From: Sphingobacteriales bacterium 16-39-50
Lineage (GTDB): Bacteria > Bacteroidota > Bacteroidia > Sphingobacteriales > Sphingobacteriaceae
Length of the DNA: 64,000 bases
Reading direction: 5' to 3'
NCBI GenBank assembly: GCA_002257025.1
Contig: NCHA01000014.1
Location: 4,669 to 68,668, forward strand
Shown here: positions 10,721 through 20,873 of the stretch, piece by piece
Position numbering within the stretch: the stretch's first letter is position 1
Layout of the letters: the number at the start of each line of letters is the position of its first letter
Notes under the pieces: model-generated
What the model was told of the DNA's origin: nothing
What the model saw: only the letters and a program-made list of their open reading frames with translations
Databases searched by the model: none
Position numbers and translations under genes: made by a program

Positions 10721-13700
10721 ATGATGGAAGTTTTACGAAAGCTATGTTTATCTCTTTTAATCACAGTTGCAGGGTATTCAAAACTATTCGGTCAGTGTAC
10801 ACCGAATGATATTGAATTTAAAGGAGTAGATAAAATATACAATACTGCTTGCGGAGATGTAAGTTATCAGGATATTCGTGCTACAACTCCAACTGGCTCC
10901 GGACTTAGTTATCAATGGGAAGTATCTTTTAAAGGAGAAAATTATACTGTAGTAAAAAATGGAATTAATCCCATTATCACACCAGAATTAGCAAAAAGTG
11001 ATATCACAAATCACATAATAGTTCCAAATTCAAATGCCTCCGGTGATTATAGAATACGAAGATTAGTTAACAGCACATCCGGATGTTCAAATTATTCTGA
11101 ACCTGTATTTTTGTATTATGCACAAAACTCTGCCAGTTTATCAGGAGGAACAATAAGCGGAAGTCTTGTAACCTGTACAAGTACCAGTGGTACTTTGACC
11201 TTAAGTGGTCATACAGGTCCAGTATTGAGATGGGAACGCGCGCCTGTTAGCACTGGAATATGGGAAAATATTGATAACACCACAAATACGTACACTTACA
11301 CAAATCTTTCAGAATCATATTGTTACAGAGCATATGTAGATAATATTTGTGATAAAAATGGAACAGATCTTTATTCAAATACCTTTTGCGTAACAGTAAA
11401 TTCTACTCCGATTGTTACATCTGCTCCTCAAAGTCAATCAGTCTGTTTAGGATCCTCTTTAAATCTGAGTGTTACAGCATCGAGCCCTCTGACACTTACT
11501 TACCAATGGCGGAAAGACGGCACAAATATTAACGGCCAGACAGCATCAACATTAACGCTTTCATCTGTAGGAACGACTGATGCCGGTTCTTACGATGTAA
11601 TCGTCAGTAATAGTTGCGGGTCTACAATATCAAATCCAGCAATAATTGCCGTTAATCCATTACCCGCGGTGATTGTACCAGCAAACTATTCTATTTGCCC
11701 GGGTACTTTAACCACTGCAACTGCCTTCAGCAGTAACCCTGCTGGAGCAACTTACACCTGGACAAATTCCAATACAGCAATCGGACTCCCTGCAAATGGC
11801 AATGGTGATATTCCTGCTTTTACAGCCTTGAATTCGGGAACTACAAATATTTCATCAACTATCACAGTGACACCCATACTAAATGGTTGTGCCGGACCAT
11901 CGTCCTCTTATATAATTACTGTGAAACCTATTCCTGTAGTGATAACTCCTGCCAGTTTTAGTGTATGTTCGGGTGCTACAGTTTCATCAACCAGTTTTAG
12001 TAGCCTTCCAACAGGGGCATCATACACCTGGACAAATTCCAATACCTCTATAGGACTAGCCGCAGCGGGCAGCAATAATGTACCCAGTTTTACTGCTGTT
12101 AACAATACTGCTTCTCCTGTATCTGCAACAATTACAGTTACACCGACTCTAGACGGATGTACCGGTACTCCCAGTACTTATACTATAACAGTTAACCCCC
12201 TGCCAGCAAATATATTAGCTTCTGCAGAAGGGGTAACAAACTGCGGAATCAGTGATGGAAAAATTACAATAAGTGCAACTGGCTCTGCACCCCTGCAATT
12301 CTCTATTGATGGAGGATCCACTTTTTTCCCGAATGGCGGGATATTTACAAATTTATCTGCTGGCAGTTATTCAGTAGCGGTACAAAATTCTACAGGATGT
12401 ATACTTGTTGGACCAACACTGTCAGTTGTCAGTCCTAACGCTCCACCAACACCAGATATTTTTCCCACTGGAGGCACGGTCTGCGAAGGCAGTAACCTTA
12501 TATTAACTATACAAAATCCACAACCTGGAGCGATATATACATGGAGAGGGCCTTCCGGTTATTCTTATTCTGGTCCGGAAACGAGCCGGACAATTGCAAA
12601 CATTTCCAGTTCCATGGCTGGCGAATATGGAGTAACGACTACTGTGAATTCATGTGTGAGTATTGCACGTACATTTTCAATAACTGTAAATCCTCTCCCA
12701 GTGGTGACGGTGCCAGCGAATCTGACTTATTGCGCTGGAGCACTTATTCCGGAAGGTGCCTTTATAAGTACTCCTGCCGGAGCAACATATAGCTGGACAA
12801 ATTCCAATCCGGCTATAGGATTAGCTGCCAGCGGAAACGGTAATATAACACCATTTTTTGCTGTTAATAATACCATATCTCCTATTACCGCAACAATTAC
12901 AGTAATACCAACTCTAAATAATTGTGCAGGTCCACCAGCCACTTTTACTATTACTGTTAATCCCAGGCCTACAGTAATATTACCGGCAGATTTTGCAATA
13001 TGTAGTGGAGCCTCCGTACCGGTTAGCACCTTCAGCAGTAATATTTCAGGAACTACCTATACATGGACTAACTCAAATTCTTCTATCGGCCTGGCATCAA
13101 ACGGAAGCGGAAATTTACCCGCATTCTCAGCAGTAAATAACAGCACTTCTCCTATTTCTGCAATTATTACAGTAACTCCTTATTTTAATGGTTGTGCCGG
13201 AACTGCCTCCAGCTTTACAATCACAGTCAATCCATTACCCAATGTTAATGTACCGGTTAATTCCACAGTCTGTTCTGGAACAAGCATTCCTGCGTCTGGT
13301 TTCAGCAGCAGCCAGCCCGGAACAACGTTTAGCTGGACAAACTCAAATACTGCCATTGGTTTAACTGGCAGTGGAAGTGGTACTGTACCGGCTTTCATAG
13401 CTACCAATACCAGCGCAGCAATGATTACAGCAAATATAACTGTGACTCCATTCCTCAATGGCTGTGCCGGCCCAAGCTCGGTTTATACAATCAGTGTGAA
13501 TCCATTACCTGCAGTCACGGTCCCTGCCAATATCATTGTTTGTTCGGGAACTACTGTCCCCGCCTCGGCATTTAGCAGCATCCCGGCTGGTGCCACTTAT
13601 ACCTGGACAAATTCCAATACCGCTATCGGACTTGCGGGAAGCGGGATTGGAAACGTTTCAGCTTTTACTGCGATAAATAATACCCTGTCTCCGATTACTT

Positions 13701-16700
13701 CTACCATCACTGTTACGCCTACAAACAATGGTTGTACCGGGCCCGTTTCGAGCTATACTATTACGGTCAATCCATTGCCTGCGATGAGTCAGCCGGCAAA
13801 TTTGGTGGTTTGTTCAGGAACAACGGTAACGGCAAGCAATTTTGCCAGCAACATTTCAGGTACAACCTATATCTGGACAAATTCAAATCCAGCGATCGGG
13901 CTTTCTGCCAGCGGAACAGGAAATATTCCAAGCTTTACCGCAATAAACTCTTCAATATCAGTCATTTCAGCTACAATTACAGTAAGTCCTGTTTCAAATG
14001 GATGCCCTGGTCAGCAACTAATCTATACTATAACGGTAAATCCTTTACCGGCGATTTCAACCGCCATAGCAACTCCCGAATCACAATGTAACATCAATGA
14101 TGGAACTATTACAATAACAGCCAGTGGTATCCAGCCATTAGAATACTCAATCAATGGAGGAAATACGTTTGTCCAGAATGGGGGCAACTTCACAGGCCTC
14201 GCTGCTGGCAGTTACTCAGTCGTAGTACGCAATGCAAACGGATGCATCATTAACGGTCCAACACTATCTGTCTCCAGTCCGGGGGCCCCGCCTCAACCTG
14301 AAATTAATGCCTATGTCAGCCCTGTATGCCAGGGAGAACCTTTAATTCTCTCAATAATGAACCCAGACCCATTAGCCACATATACATGGACGGGACCATT
14401 GGGATTTTCTGCTATAGGAGCTTCTATCATCCGTTCAAATTCAGATCCTTCGATGTCAGGAAACTATGCTGTAACTGCTACAATTAACGCATGTGTCAGC
14501 ACTTCTAAAATCTTTAATATTAAGGTAGACCCGAAGCCAACCTTAATTGTTCCCCAAAGTCAAAACTATTGTAAAGGTGCCCTTGTTCCGGCACATGTTT
14601 TTAACAGCACTCCTCCGGGAGCCACTATTAGCTGGACAAATTCAAATCCCGCAATCGGTCTTCCAGCCAGCGGAACAGGAAATATACCTTCATTTACAGC
14701 ATCCAATAATACAAATACTCCCATCACCGCAAGTATTAGTGTAACTCCAAGTCTGAATGGGTGTCCGGGTCAGACCTATACATTTACAATTACCATAAAT
14801 CCATTGCCAACTGTTACAGGACCCGGAAATTCTGTGGTATGCGCCGGTGAGACCGTTTCTGCAGGAAATTTAATAAATAATATACCTGCCACCACCTATA
14901 GCTGGACCAATTCAAATCCAGCGATCGGACTTCCAGCAAGTGGAATAGGAAATGTCCCGAGTTTTATCGCAGCGAATTCATCTGGTTCTGCTATTTCAGC
15001 TACAATTACCATAATACCATCATTAAATGGATGTGCTGGTAACCCAATAAGTTATACAATCACAGTTAATCCTTTGCCCGTAATTACAACAACTTTAGCA
15101 ACAAATGAAACTGCTTGTAATCTAAATGATGGTACAATAACGATTACTGCAAATGGCACACAGCCCCTTGAATATTCTATTGATGGGGGCAGCACCTTTA
15201 TTCAGAATGGGGGTAAGTTCACTAACCTAAGTGCCGGTAGTTACTCGGTTGTTGTTAAGAATGCCAGCGGTTGTTTATTAATTGGCCCTACACTTTCTAT
15301 AGCAAGCCCCGGCGCTCCGCCTAAACCAGCTATAAATCCTTATGTTAGTCCGGTATGTCAGGGCGAACCCTTAGTTCTTTCAATTCTTAATCCTGATCCT
15401 CTTGTTACTTACAAATGGACGGGGCCAATGGGTTTTACCGCTACTGGTGTTTCTGTCACACGTCCAAATTCAACTACTTCTATGTCTGGAACATATGCAG
15501 TAACAGGTACATTAAACTCCTGTGTCAGTGTTTCAAAAATCTTTGATATTAAAGTAAATCCCCTTCCCACCTTAGTAGTCCCTCAAAATCAGAACTATTG
15601 TAAAGGAGTTACGGTACCGGAAAGTATTTTTAACAGTACTCCACCCGGTGCCACCATAAGCTGGACGAATTCCAATCCTGCAATTGGACTAGCAGCCAGC
15701 GGGAGCGGCAATGTACCAGCATTTACTGCCACAAATAATTCCTTAGTACCTATAACTGCAACAATAACTGCAATACCAAGCTTAAATGGGTGTAATGGAC
15801 TACCCTATACCTACACTATAACCATTAATCCTGAGCCAACTGTAACTGTTCCATTAAGCTTTACAATATGCTCGGGAACAAAGGTTTCAGCATCTTCATT
15901 TGGAGCTAATATTGCAGGCGTAAATTATACCTGGACCAATTCAAATGCAACCATAGGACTAGCAGCCAGCGGAAATGGAAATGTTCCGGAATTTACCGCT
16001 GTTAATACTACAAGTTCAGCAATTCAGGCATTGATTACTGTAACTCCAACATTAAACGGTTGTTCAGGACCATCTTCAAGTTATATCATAACCGTGAAGC
16101 CGCTTCCCAGACTTAGCAATCCTTTTACCCAAATGCTTTGTACCCAATCCAGTTCAAAAGAGGTCGAACTTACTTCCAATATCCCCGGAACCACTTTCAC
16201 CTGGACTGCAAGTGCCCCGGCTACAGTTTCAGGATATACCCAAAGTGGTACTAATAAGATTCCCATTCAATTTTTAACAAACAGTGGATCAACTCCTGAG
16301 TTTGTAACTTATACGATTATTCCGGTCAATAATGGTTGTACCGGACCTGAAAGTAAATATACTATCTTGGTAAATCCACTTCCAACTGCTACCTTGAGTG
16401 GGGAGAAAAAAGCCTGTTACGGTGCAACAAGTACATTGAGTGTCAAATTGACCGGCAAAGCTCCATGGACAATAAGCTATACCGACGGGGAAAGCTCAAA
16501 CACCATTAGTGGAATAGGTACTAGTGATTATACATTCAATGTCAGTTCAGACTCAAGCAGAACTTATAGAATTACCTCAGTTAGTGATGGCAATTTCTGC
16601 TCTAATACGGGTAATGGCAGTACGGTAATTATTCAGCCACTGGCAGCTATAAAAGCCAGTGCTTCACATATTAACGTTGACTGTTATGGTTCGAATACGG

Positions 16701-18562
16701 GATCTATTCAGGTTGAATCTGTTTCCGGGGGATTCGGTACCTATGAATACAGTATAAATGGCGGAATAAACTGGCAAAGCGGCACAAAATTCAGCGGCCT
16801 GCTTGCAGGAACCTACCAATTATATGTCAGGGATGCTGCTAGTCCCGAGTGTATCACAGTTATATCTCCTGACTATATTATTACTCAGCCTGCAGCCCCT
16901 ATTAGGTTAAGCTATATCCGCACAGATGTTTCATGCTTTGGTGGAAATAACGGTTCTATTAAGATTACAGCAGCCGGAGGAACAGCTCCATACACCTATC
17001 GATGGCAAGGTGGACAAATCACAAAAGATATAAGTGGCCTTGTTGCAGGGACCTATTCCCTTACAATAATAGATTCAAAGGGGTGTGAATACAATGAGTC
17101 TATTGCCATCAGGCAACCACCCACCCCTCTAAGTATCGCCTTTACCAAAATGGATGCAAGTTGCTTTGGCGCCAGAGATGGCAGTATTGAAATTAACGTT
17201 TCTGGTGGTACCTCACCTTATACTTATAAATGGTCAAATAATGAAACCACAAAAAACATACAGAATTTAGCCCCAAATATCAACTATTCGCTCTCGGTGA
17301 TTGATGCAAATGGATGTTCTGAAACAATTAATATACCAATATCTGAACCTGAAATCCTTAAGGCAGCACTAACAGTAAAAAATACGGTCTGTAAAACATC
17401 AATCGATGGGATGATTACTGCCTCAATCACCGGAGGTACAAAGCCATATGATCTGACCTGGAAAGGAAGCCCAATTAAAACCGATTTCATTGATAATCTT
17501 GCACCGGGAACGTATGAACTGTTTATAAAAGATGCTAAAGGATGTTCCCTGATAGTTTCTGCAGAAGTTCTTCAGGGAAGCTGCCCACCTATAGCCATTA
17601 ATGATCGTTTCAAAACCGATGAAGAAATTCCTGTATCAGGCAGTGTTGCCCCGAATGATTATGACCGTCAGGGAGAAAATATCAGTTTTTCACTTACATC
17701 AAATGCAAAAAATGGGACAATAACCTTTAGTCCCGATGGCAACTTCAGTTATACCCCAAATGTTGGATTCTGGGGAATTGAAGTAATCTCTTACCAGGTG
17801 TGCAATACTTCCGGAATGTGTGCTACAGCCTCCCTGATTATTGAAGTTATCCCTTTTACCATAGTTAGTCTGACACCCTCAACAAGCAATGTTTCTGAAG
17901 GTAAAAAAACAGCTATATCTGCAAGATTAATGCGGCCCTTCAGGGATGATGTAACTATCAGGCTAAGCTATCAGGGCCGGGCAAGGAAAGACCTTGATTA
18001 TGTACTATTGGATCAATACGTAAACATTAAGATTCCAAAAGGCAAGATTTCAACCACACAAAAAGTCACCCTGGCTGCATTAACAGATGATGAACAGGAA
18101 GGTGATGAAGATATTAATCTAACTATCATATCAACATCCGACCCACTTGTAAGAATTGGTACTGGTGCTGTAGTGACAATTAATGATGTCTATCCACCCT
18201 TACCAACCATCCCAATTACCACTAAAAATGATCCTCCTTTGAATCCGGACATCCTTCCCGATCCTTTGGTGTCCCCCAATAATGATGGACTTGGCAATGA
18301 ATTTTTTAAAGTTGAGAATATAGTTTCATTTCCTGACAACCTGGTTTTGATCTTCAATCGATGGGGGAATGAAGTTTTCCGTATGCCAGGATATAATGAA
18401 AGTGACAAGGTGTTTTCCGGATATGCCAATACCGGATTGCTCTCAAATACCAATGCTCCTCTAAGTGATGGAGTATATTATTACCTCATCACTACAAACC
18501 GGACGATAAATGGCCAAAAGGTTTCGGCGCTTAATAAAGGGTATCTGATTCTTAAACGATAA
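10721..18562 (+). CDS. Giant T9SS type-B (gliding-motility CTD) surface protein with PKD-like, SprB-like, Ig, cadherin-like and Calx-beta-like repeats
   Basis: Signal peptide; 11 xTWTNSNxxIGL PKD-like repeats plus one variant; SprB-like repeats; PIAINDRFKTDEE cadherin-like unit; CTD SPNNDG...IFNRWGNEVF...GVYYYLI...KGYLILKR. Confidence 0.88.
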   Translation: MMEVLRKLCLSLLITVAGYSKLFGQCTPNDIEFKGVDKIYNTACGDVSYQDIRATTPTGSGLSYQWEVSFKGENYTVVKNGINPIITPELAKSDITNHIIVPNSNASGDYRIRRLVNSTSGCSNYSEPVFLYYAQNSASLSGGTISGSLVTCTSTSGTLTLSGHTGPVLRWERAPVSTGIWENIDNTTNTYTYTNLSESYCYRAYVDNICDKNGTDLYSNTFCVTVNSTPIVTSAPQSQSVCLGSSLNLSVTASSPLTLTYQWRKDGTNINGQTASTLTLSSVGTTDAGSYDVIVSNSCGSTISNPAIIAVNPLPAVIVPANYSICPGTLTTATAFSSNPAGATYTWTNSNTAIGLPANGNGDIPAFTALNSGTTNISSTITVTPILNGCAGPSSSYIITVKPIPVVITPASFSVCSGATVSSTSFSSLPTGASYTWTNSNTSIGLAAAGSNNVPSFTAVNNTASPVSATITVTPTLDGCTGTPSTYTITVNPLPANILASAEGVTNCGISDGKITISATGSAPLQFSIDGGSTFFPNGGIFTNLSAGSYSVAVQNSTGCILVGPTLSVVSPNAPPTPDIFPTGGTVCEGSNLILTIQNPQPGAIYTWRGPSGYSYSGPETSRTIANISSSMAGEYGVTTTVNSCVSIARTFSITVNPLPVVTVPANLTYCAGALIPEGAFISTPAGATYSWTNSNPAIGLAASGNGNITPFFAVNNTISPITATITVIPTLNNCAGPPATFTITVNPRPTVILPADFAICSGASVPVSTFSSNISGTTYTWTNSNSSIGLASNGSGNLPAFSAVNNSTSPISAIITVTPYFNGCAGTASSFTITVNPLPNVNVPVNSTVCSGTSIPASGFSSSQPGTTFSWTNSNTAIGLTGSGSGTVPAFIATNTSAAMITANITVTPFLNGCAGPSSVYTISVNPLPAVTVPANIIVCSGTTVPASAFSSIPAGATYTWTNSNTAIGLAGSGIGNVSAFTAINNTLSPITSTITVTPTNNGCTGPVSSYTITVNPLPAMSQPANLVVCSGTTVTASNFASNISGTTYIWTNSNPAIGLSASGTGNIPSFTAINSSISVISATITVSPVSNGCPGQQLIYTITVNPLPAISTAIATPESQCNINDGTITITASGIQPLEYSINGGNTFVQNGGNFTGLAAGSYSVVVRNANGCIINGPTLSVSSPGAPPQPEINAYVSPVCQGEPLILSIMNPDPLATYTWTGPLGFSAIGASIIRSNSDPSMSGNYAVTATINACVSTSKIFNIKVDPKPTLIVPQSQNYCKGALVPAHVFNSTPPGATISWTNSNPAIGLPASGTGNIPSFTASNNTNTPITASISVTPSLNGCPGQTYTFTITINPLPTVTGPGNSVVCAGETVSAGNLINNIPATTYSWTNSNPAIGLPASGIGNVPSFIAANSSGSAISATITIIPSLNGCAGNPISYTITVNPLPVITTTLATNETACNLNDGTITITANGTQPLEYSIDGGSTFIQNGGKFTNLSAGSYSVVVKNASGCLLIGPTLSIASPGAPPKPAINPYVSPVCQGEPLVLSILNPDPLVTYKWTGPMGFTATGVSVTRPNSTTSMSGTYAVTGTLNSCVSVSKIFDIKVNPLPTLVVPQNQNYCKGVTVPESIFNSTPPGATISWTNSNPAIGLAASGSGNVPAFTATNNSLVPITATITAIPSLNGCNGLPYTYTITINPEPTVTVPLSFTICSGTKVSASSFGANIAGVNYTWTNSNATIGLAASGNGNVPEFTAVNTTSSAIQALITVTPTLNGCSGPSSSYIITVKPLPRLSNPFTQMLCTQSSSKEVELTSNIPGTTFTWTASAPATVSGYTQSGTNKIPIQFLTNSGSTPEFVTYTIIPVNNGCTGPESKYTILVNPLPTATLSGEKKACYGATSTLSVKLTGKAPWTISYTDGESSNTISGIGTSDYTFNVSSDSSRTYRITSVSDGNFCSNTGNGSTVIIQPLAAIKASASHINVDCYGSNTGSIQVESVSGGFGTYEYSINGGINWQSGTKFSGLLAGTYQLYVRDAASPECITVISPDYIITQPAAPIRLSYIRTDVSCFGGNNGSIKITAAGGTAPYTYRWQGGQITKDISGLVAGTYSLTIIDSKGCEYNESIAIRQPPTPLSIAFTKMDASCFGARDGSIEINVSGGTSPYTYKWSNNETTKNIQNLAPNINYSLSVIDANGCSETINIPISEPEILKAALTVKNTVCKTSIDGMITASITGGTKPYDLTWKGSPIKTDFIDNLAPGTYELFIKDAKGCSLIVSAEVLQGSCPPIAINDRFKTDEEIPVSGSVAPNDYDRQGENISFSLTSNAKNGTITFSPDGNFSYTPNVGFWGIEVISYQVCNTSGMCATASLIIEVIPFTIVSLTPSTSNVSEGKKTAISARLMRPFRDDVTIRLSYQGRARKDLDYVLLDQYVNIKIPKGKISTTQKVTLAALTDDEQEGDEDINLTIISTSDPLVRIGTGAVVTINDVYPPLPTIPITTKNDPPLNPDILPDPLVSPNNDGLGNEFFKVENIVSFPDNLVLIFNRWGNEVFRMPGYNESDKVFSGYANTGLLSNTNAPLSDGVYYYLITTNRTINGQKVSALNKGYLILKR

Positions 18563-18563
18563 T

Positions 18564-19616
18564 TTATATTATCTTATACTTCAGCACTTTATCATCTTCC
18601 CAGAAACAAATAGCTTTCCCGTTGTCCAGAATATAAATTTTGGGAGAAACACCGGAACCTAAAAGTGTAATTTTCTTTGTGTTTAGATTAATAGCACTTA
18701 GTATCTTTTTATCTTGCCAGGCAACATAAATCTCTTTCTTCTTTTGGGCCATACTTACATCACGGCCTGTGCTAAGTTTCAACTCTGCTTGATTTTCTGA
18801 CCAGTAATATACATCCCCATTGCGTCGCCACGCCGCTGAAACTTTTCCTTCAGAATTAAAGCCTAAGCTACCCCCATCCATCGGGCAAGCATTTAACTGC
18901 CATGTACCATTCCCTGATTTTGCGGCCTCTGAAAAGGATTTGCCCTTGTCGTATGAAACTGAATAATAAATATCCCGTGAACCCATCAGCCAGTTACGAA
19001 AACCAATGACAAGCTTATTACCGTTAAGTACAATATTTGGTTTACAGCACTCACAAACATGCTTATCCGGTGATTTATAAACCAGCGAATTCGCTTTCCA
19101 TTTAGCTGATTTACCATTGATCGAAGAAAAATATATATTATTTTTCCCACCCTCCCTGATATCCAGCCATGTTGCGTAAAAATAATCCTCTTTATCCGCT
19201 ACAATTGCCATTAATCCTTCCGGAGCCGCCCCCTTTTTATCATTTATTTCTGCAACGCGGGTCCATCCTCCTTTTGAGTGATTCAATCTGTAGGAATGAA
19301 TATTCCCTCCTTTATCCATTGCACTGATAAAAGAAAAATTCCTGGAAGAGGCAATTTGCGGGCCTCTTGTATGCCCCAAATGCATGCCGGGCAGTTCAGC
19401 AACAAGCACTGCCGAAGAGAAACTAATTCCATTATTTGTTGAAGTCAAACAATAAATCTTTTCTCCATTCCCGTAGGCAACGCGAATGACTCCTTTAGGG
19501 TCAATTGACAGATTGGGTTGCTGCCCCTGAATTATTCTTTCAGATAAGGCTGAATGCCCCGTGACCGAAATGCAGAAAAATATAAATAAATAAAACACCT
19601 TCATATCCTGAATCAT
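18564..19616 (-). CDS. Secreted BNR-repeat / sialidase-like beta-propeller protein (start may be MKVFY, 19604)
   Basis: Signal peptide; BNR boxes STNNGISFS and SYDKGKSFS; CECC and ACPMDGG motifs. Confidence 0.7.
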   Translation of the reverse strand: MIQDMKVFYLFIFFCISVTGHSALSERIIQGQQPNLSIDPKGVIRVAYGNGEKIYCLTSTNNGISFSSAVLVAELPGMHLGHTRGPQIASSRNFSFISAMDKGGNIHSYRLNHSKGGWTRVAEINDKKGAAPEGLMAIVADKEDYFYATWLDIREGGKNNIYFSSINGKSAKWKANSLVYKSPDKHVCECCKPNIVLNGNKLVIGFRNWLMGSRDIYYSVSYDKGKSFSEAAKSGNGTWQLNACPMDGGSLGFNSEGKVSAAWRRNGDVYYWSENQAELKLSTGRDVSMAQKKKEIYVAWQDKKILSAINLNTKKITLLGSGVSPKIYILDNGKAICFWEDDKVLKYKII

Positions 19617-19677
19617 TTCTAATGAATCAACAAGATATGAAAGTGTTTAGTATAAACCTTTAAAGTCTATAAAGCTA

Positions 19678-20514
19678 TTACAATTGAACAATAATGTTCA
19701 CATCCGAATCAAGCTTATTACGGGTTAAATCTAATTGATTTTCCAGATCGCTTACATTATTCTGAAGATCCAGAATCAGACCTTCACGACGTTGAACTTC
19801 CTGAGCACTAAGGTTTACTCTGCTGGTGTTCAGATTTGTTTTTACACCTAATAGCTTTTCCATTGCGTACTTTAAAAGCGATTCGCTATAAGACATGGTT
19901 TCATAGGTTTGCTCATAGGTATTATAAACCGTCTCACGTGATTGTATATATTCCTGGGACCAGCGGTCAGAATAATTATTGGAACAATTCCCTATTATAT
20001 CACCATGGTTCAAATGAGCCTGCACTGCGTTTTCAGAGACGTTTATAGTCACAGAATTACCAGAATCATTCCCCGAAGGATTATGGCAAATGCTAACTTT
20101 CTTTTGATTCTTTGGACGTTTACGCTCTGCCCAATTATTAATGCCCCAGTCAATATCGATATCCCTTTTTCCATTCATCAACTTACTATTACCCTTTCCC
20201 TTTTTTAACTCCCAATTGTCTCCTTCATCTCTATCGTTATTTTTCCCGGAATTGCCCTTATTATCATATTTACTATTATAGTGCTCATCCTTATCGCTTT
20301 TATCATTCCGGTCATTATTATCCTTATCCTGCTTGTTATCCTGCCCCTGGTTTTTATCCCCCTGATTTTTAACTCTGCCTTTTCCAATCTCATCGTTTTC
20401 TTTACCTTCTGATTTACCCTGTCCATTCTTATCCTTTTGCGGATCTGCCAGAGCCAGAAGTGTTAATACTATTAATGGAAGGATACTTATCCTTAAAATG
20501 TTATTTCTTTTCAT
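19678..20514 (-). CDS. Secreted hypothetical protein with K/D/N-rich region, Cys/His micro-domain and C-terminal coiled coil
   Basis: 278-aa ORF with signal peptide; motif KVSICH...AHLNHGD..GNC. Confidence 0.75.
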   Translation of the reverse strand: MKRNNILRISILPLIVLTLLALADPQKDKNGQGKSEGKENDEIGKGRVKNQGDKNQGQDNKQDKDNNDRNDKSDKDEHYNSKYDNKGNSGKNNDRDEGDNWELKKGKGNSKLMNGKRDIDIDWGINNWAERKRPKNQKKVSICHNPSGNDSGNSVTINVSENAVQAHLNHGDIIGNCSNNYSDRWSQEYIQSRETVYNTYEQTYETMSYSESLLKYAMEKLLGVKTNLNTSRVNLSAQEVQRREGLILDLQNNVSDLENQLDLTRNKLDSDVNIIVQL

Positions 20515-20522
20515 GATATCTT

Positions 20523-20759
20523 TTATTTAGCAGTTTCAAATTCTTTGTCAACTTTTTCTAACGAAGCCTCAAGCTTTGCGTTTTTATCTTCAAGATCTTT
20601 TGTGGTTTGTTCAAGATCTTTTGAAACAGAATCCATTACAACAACCTGTGAATCATCAGATTTTGTAGCGTTATTAGTACAAGAGCCCATAAACAAAATC
20701 CCGATAGCGAGTAAAGGGATTGAAGCATAGTTAATTAATCTTTTCATATTGATTTTCAT
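20523..20759 (-). CDS. Small coiled-coil lipoprotein
   Basis: Lipobox MGSC followed by heptad-rich helix; 8 bp upstream of the next gene. Confidence 0.75.
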   Translation of the reverse strand: MKINMKRLINYASIPLLAIGILFMGSCTNNATKSDDSQVVVMDSVSKDLEQTTKDLEDKNAKLEASLEKVDKEFETAK

Positions 20760-20815
20760 TTAGTTACGACCTGTACAACATAAATCAAGCCAGTTTATTT
20801 CAAATCAAAAAATGA

Positions 20816-20832
20816 TTGGCACAGCAATTGAT
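20816..20832 (+). promoter_or_regulatory. Candidate sigma-54 (-24/-12) promoter
   Basis: TTGGCACAGCAATTGAT: GG-N10-GA, 41 bp upstream of the DUF4382 ATG. Confidence 0.45.
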
Positions 20833-20873
20833 TTATCAGTGTACATTTAGTACACACCTAAGAAAAAAATATT

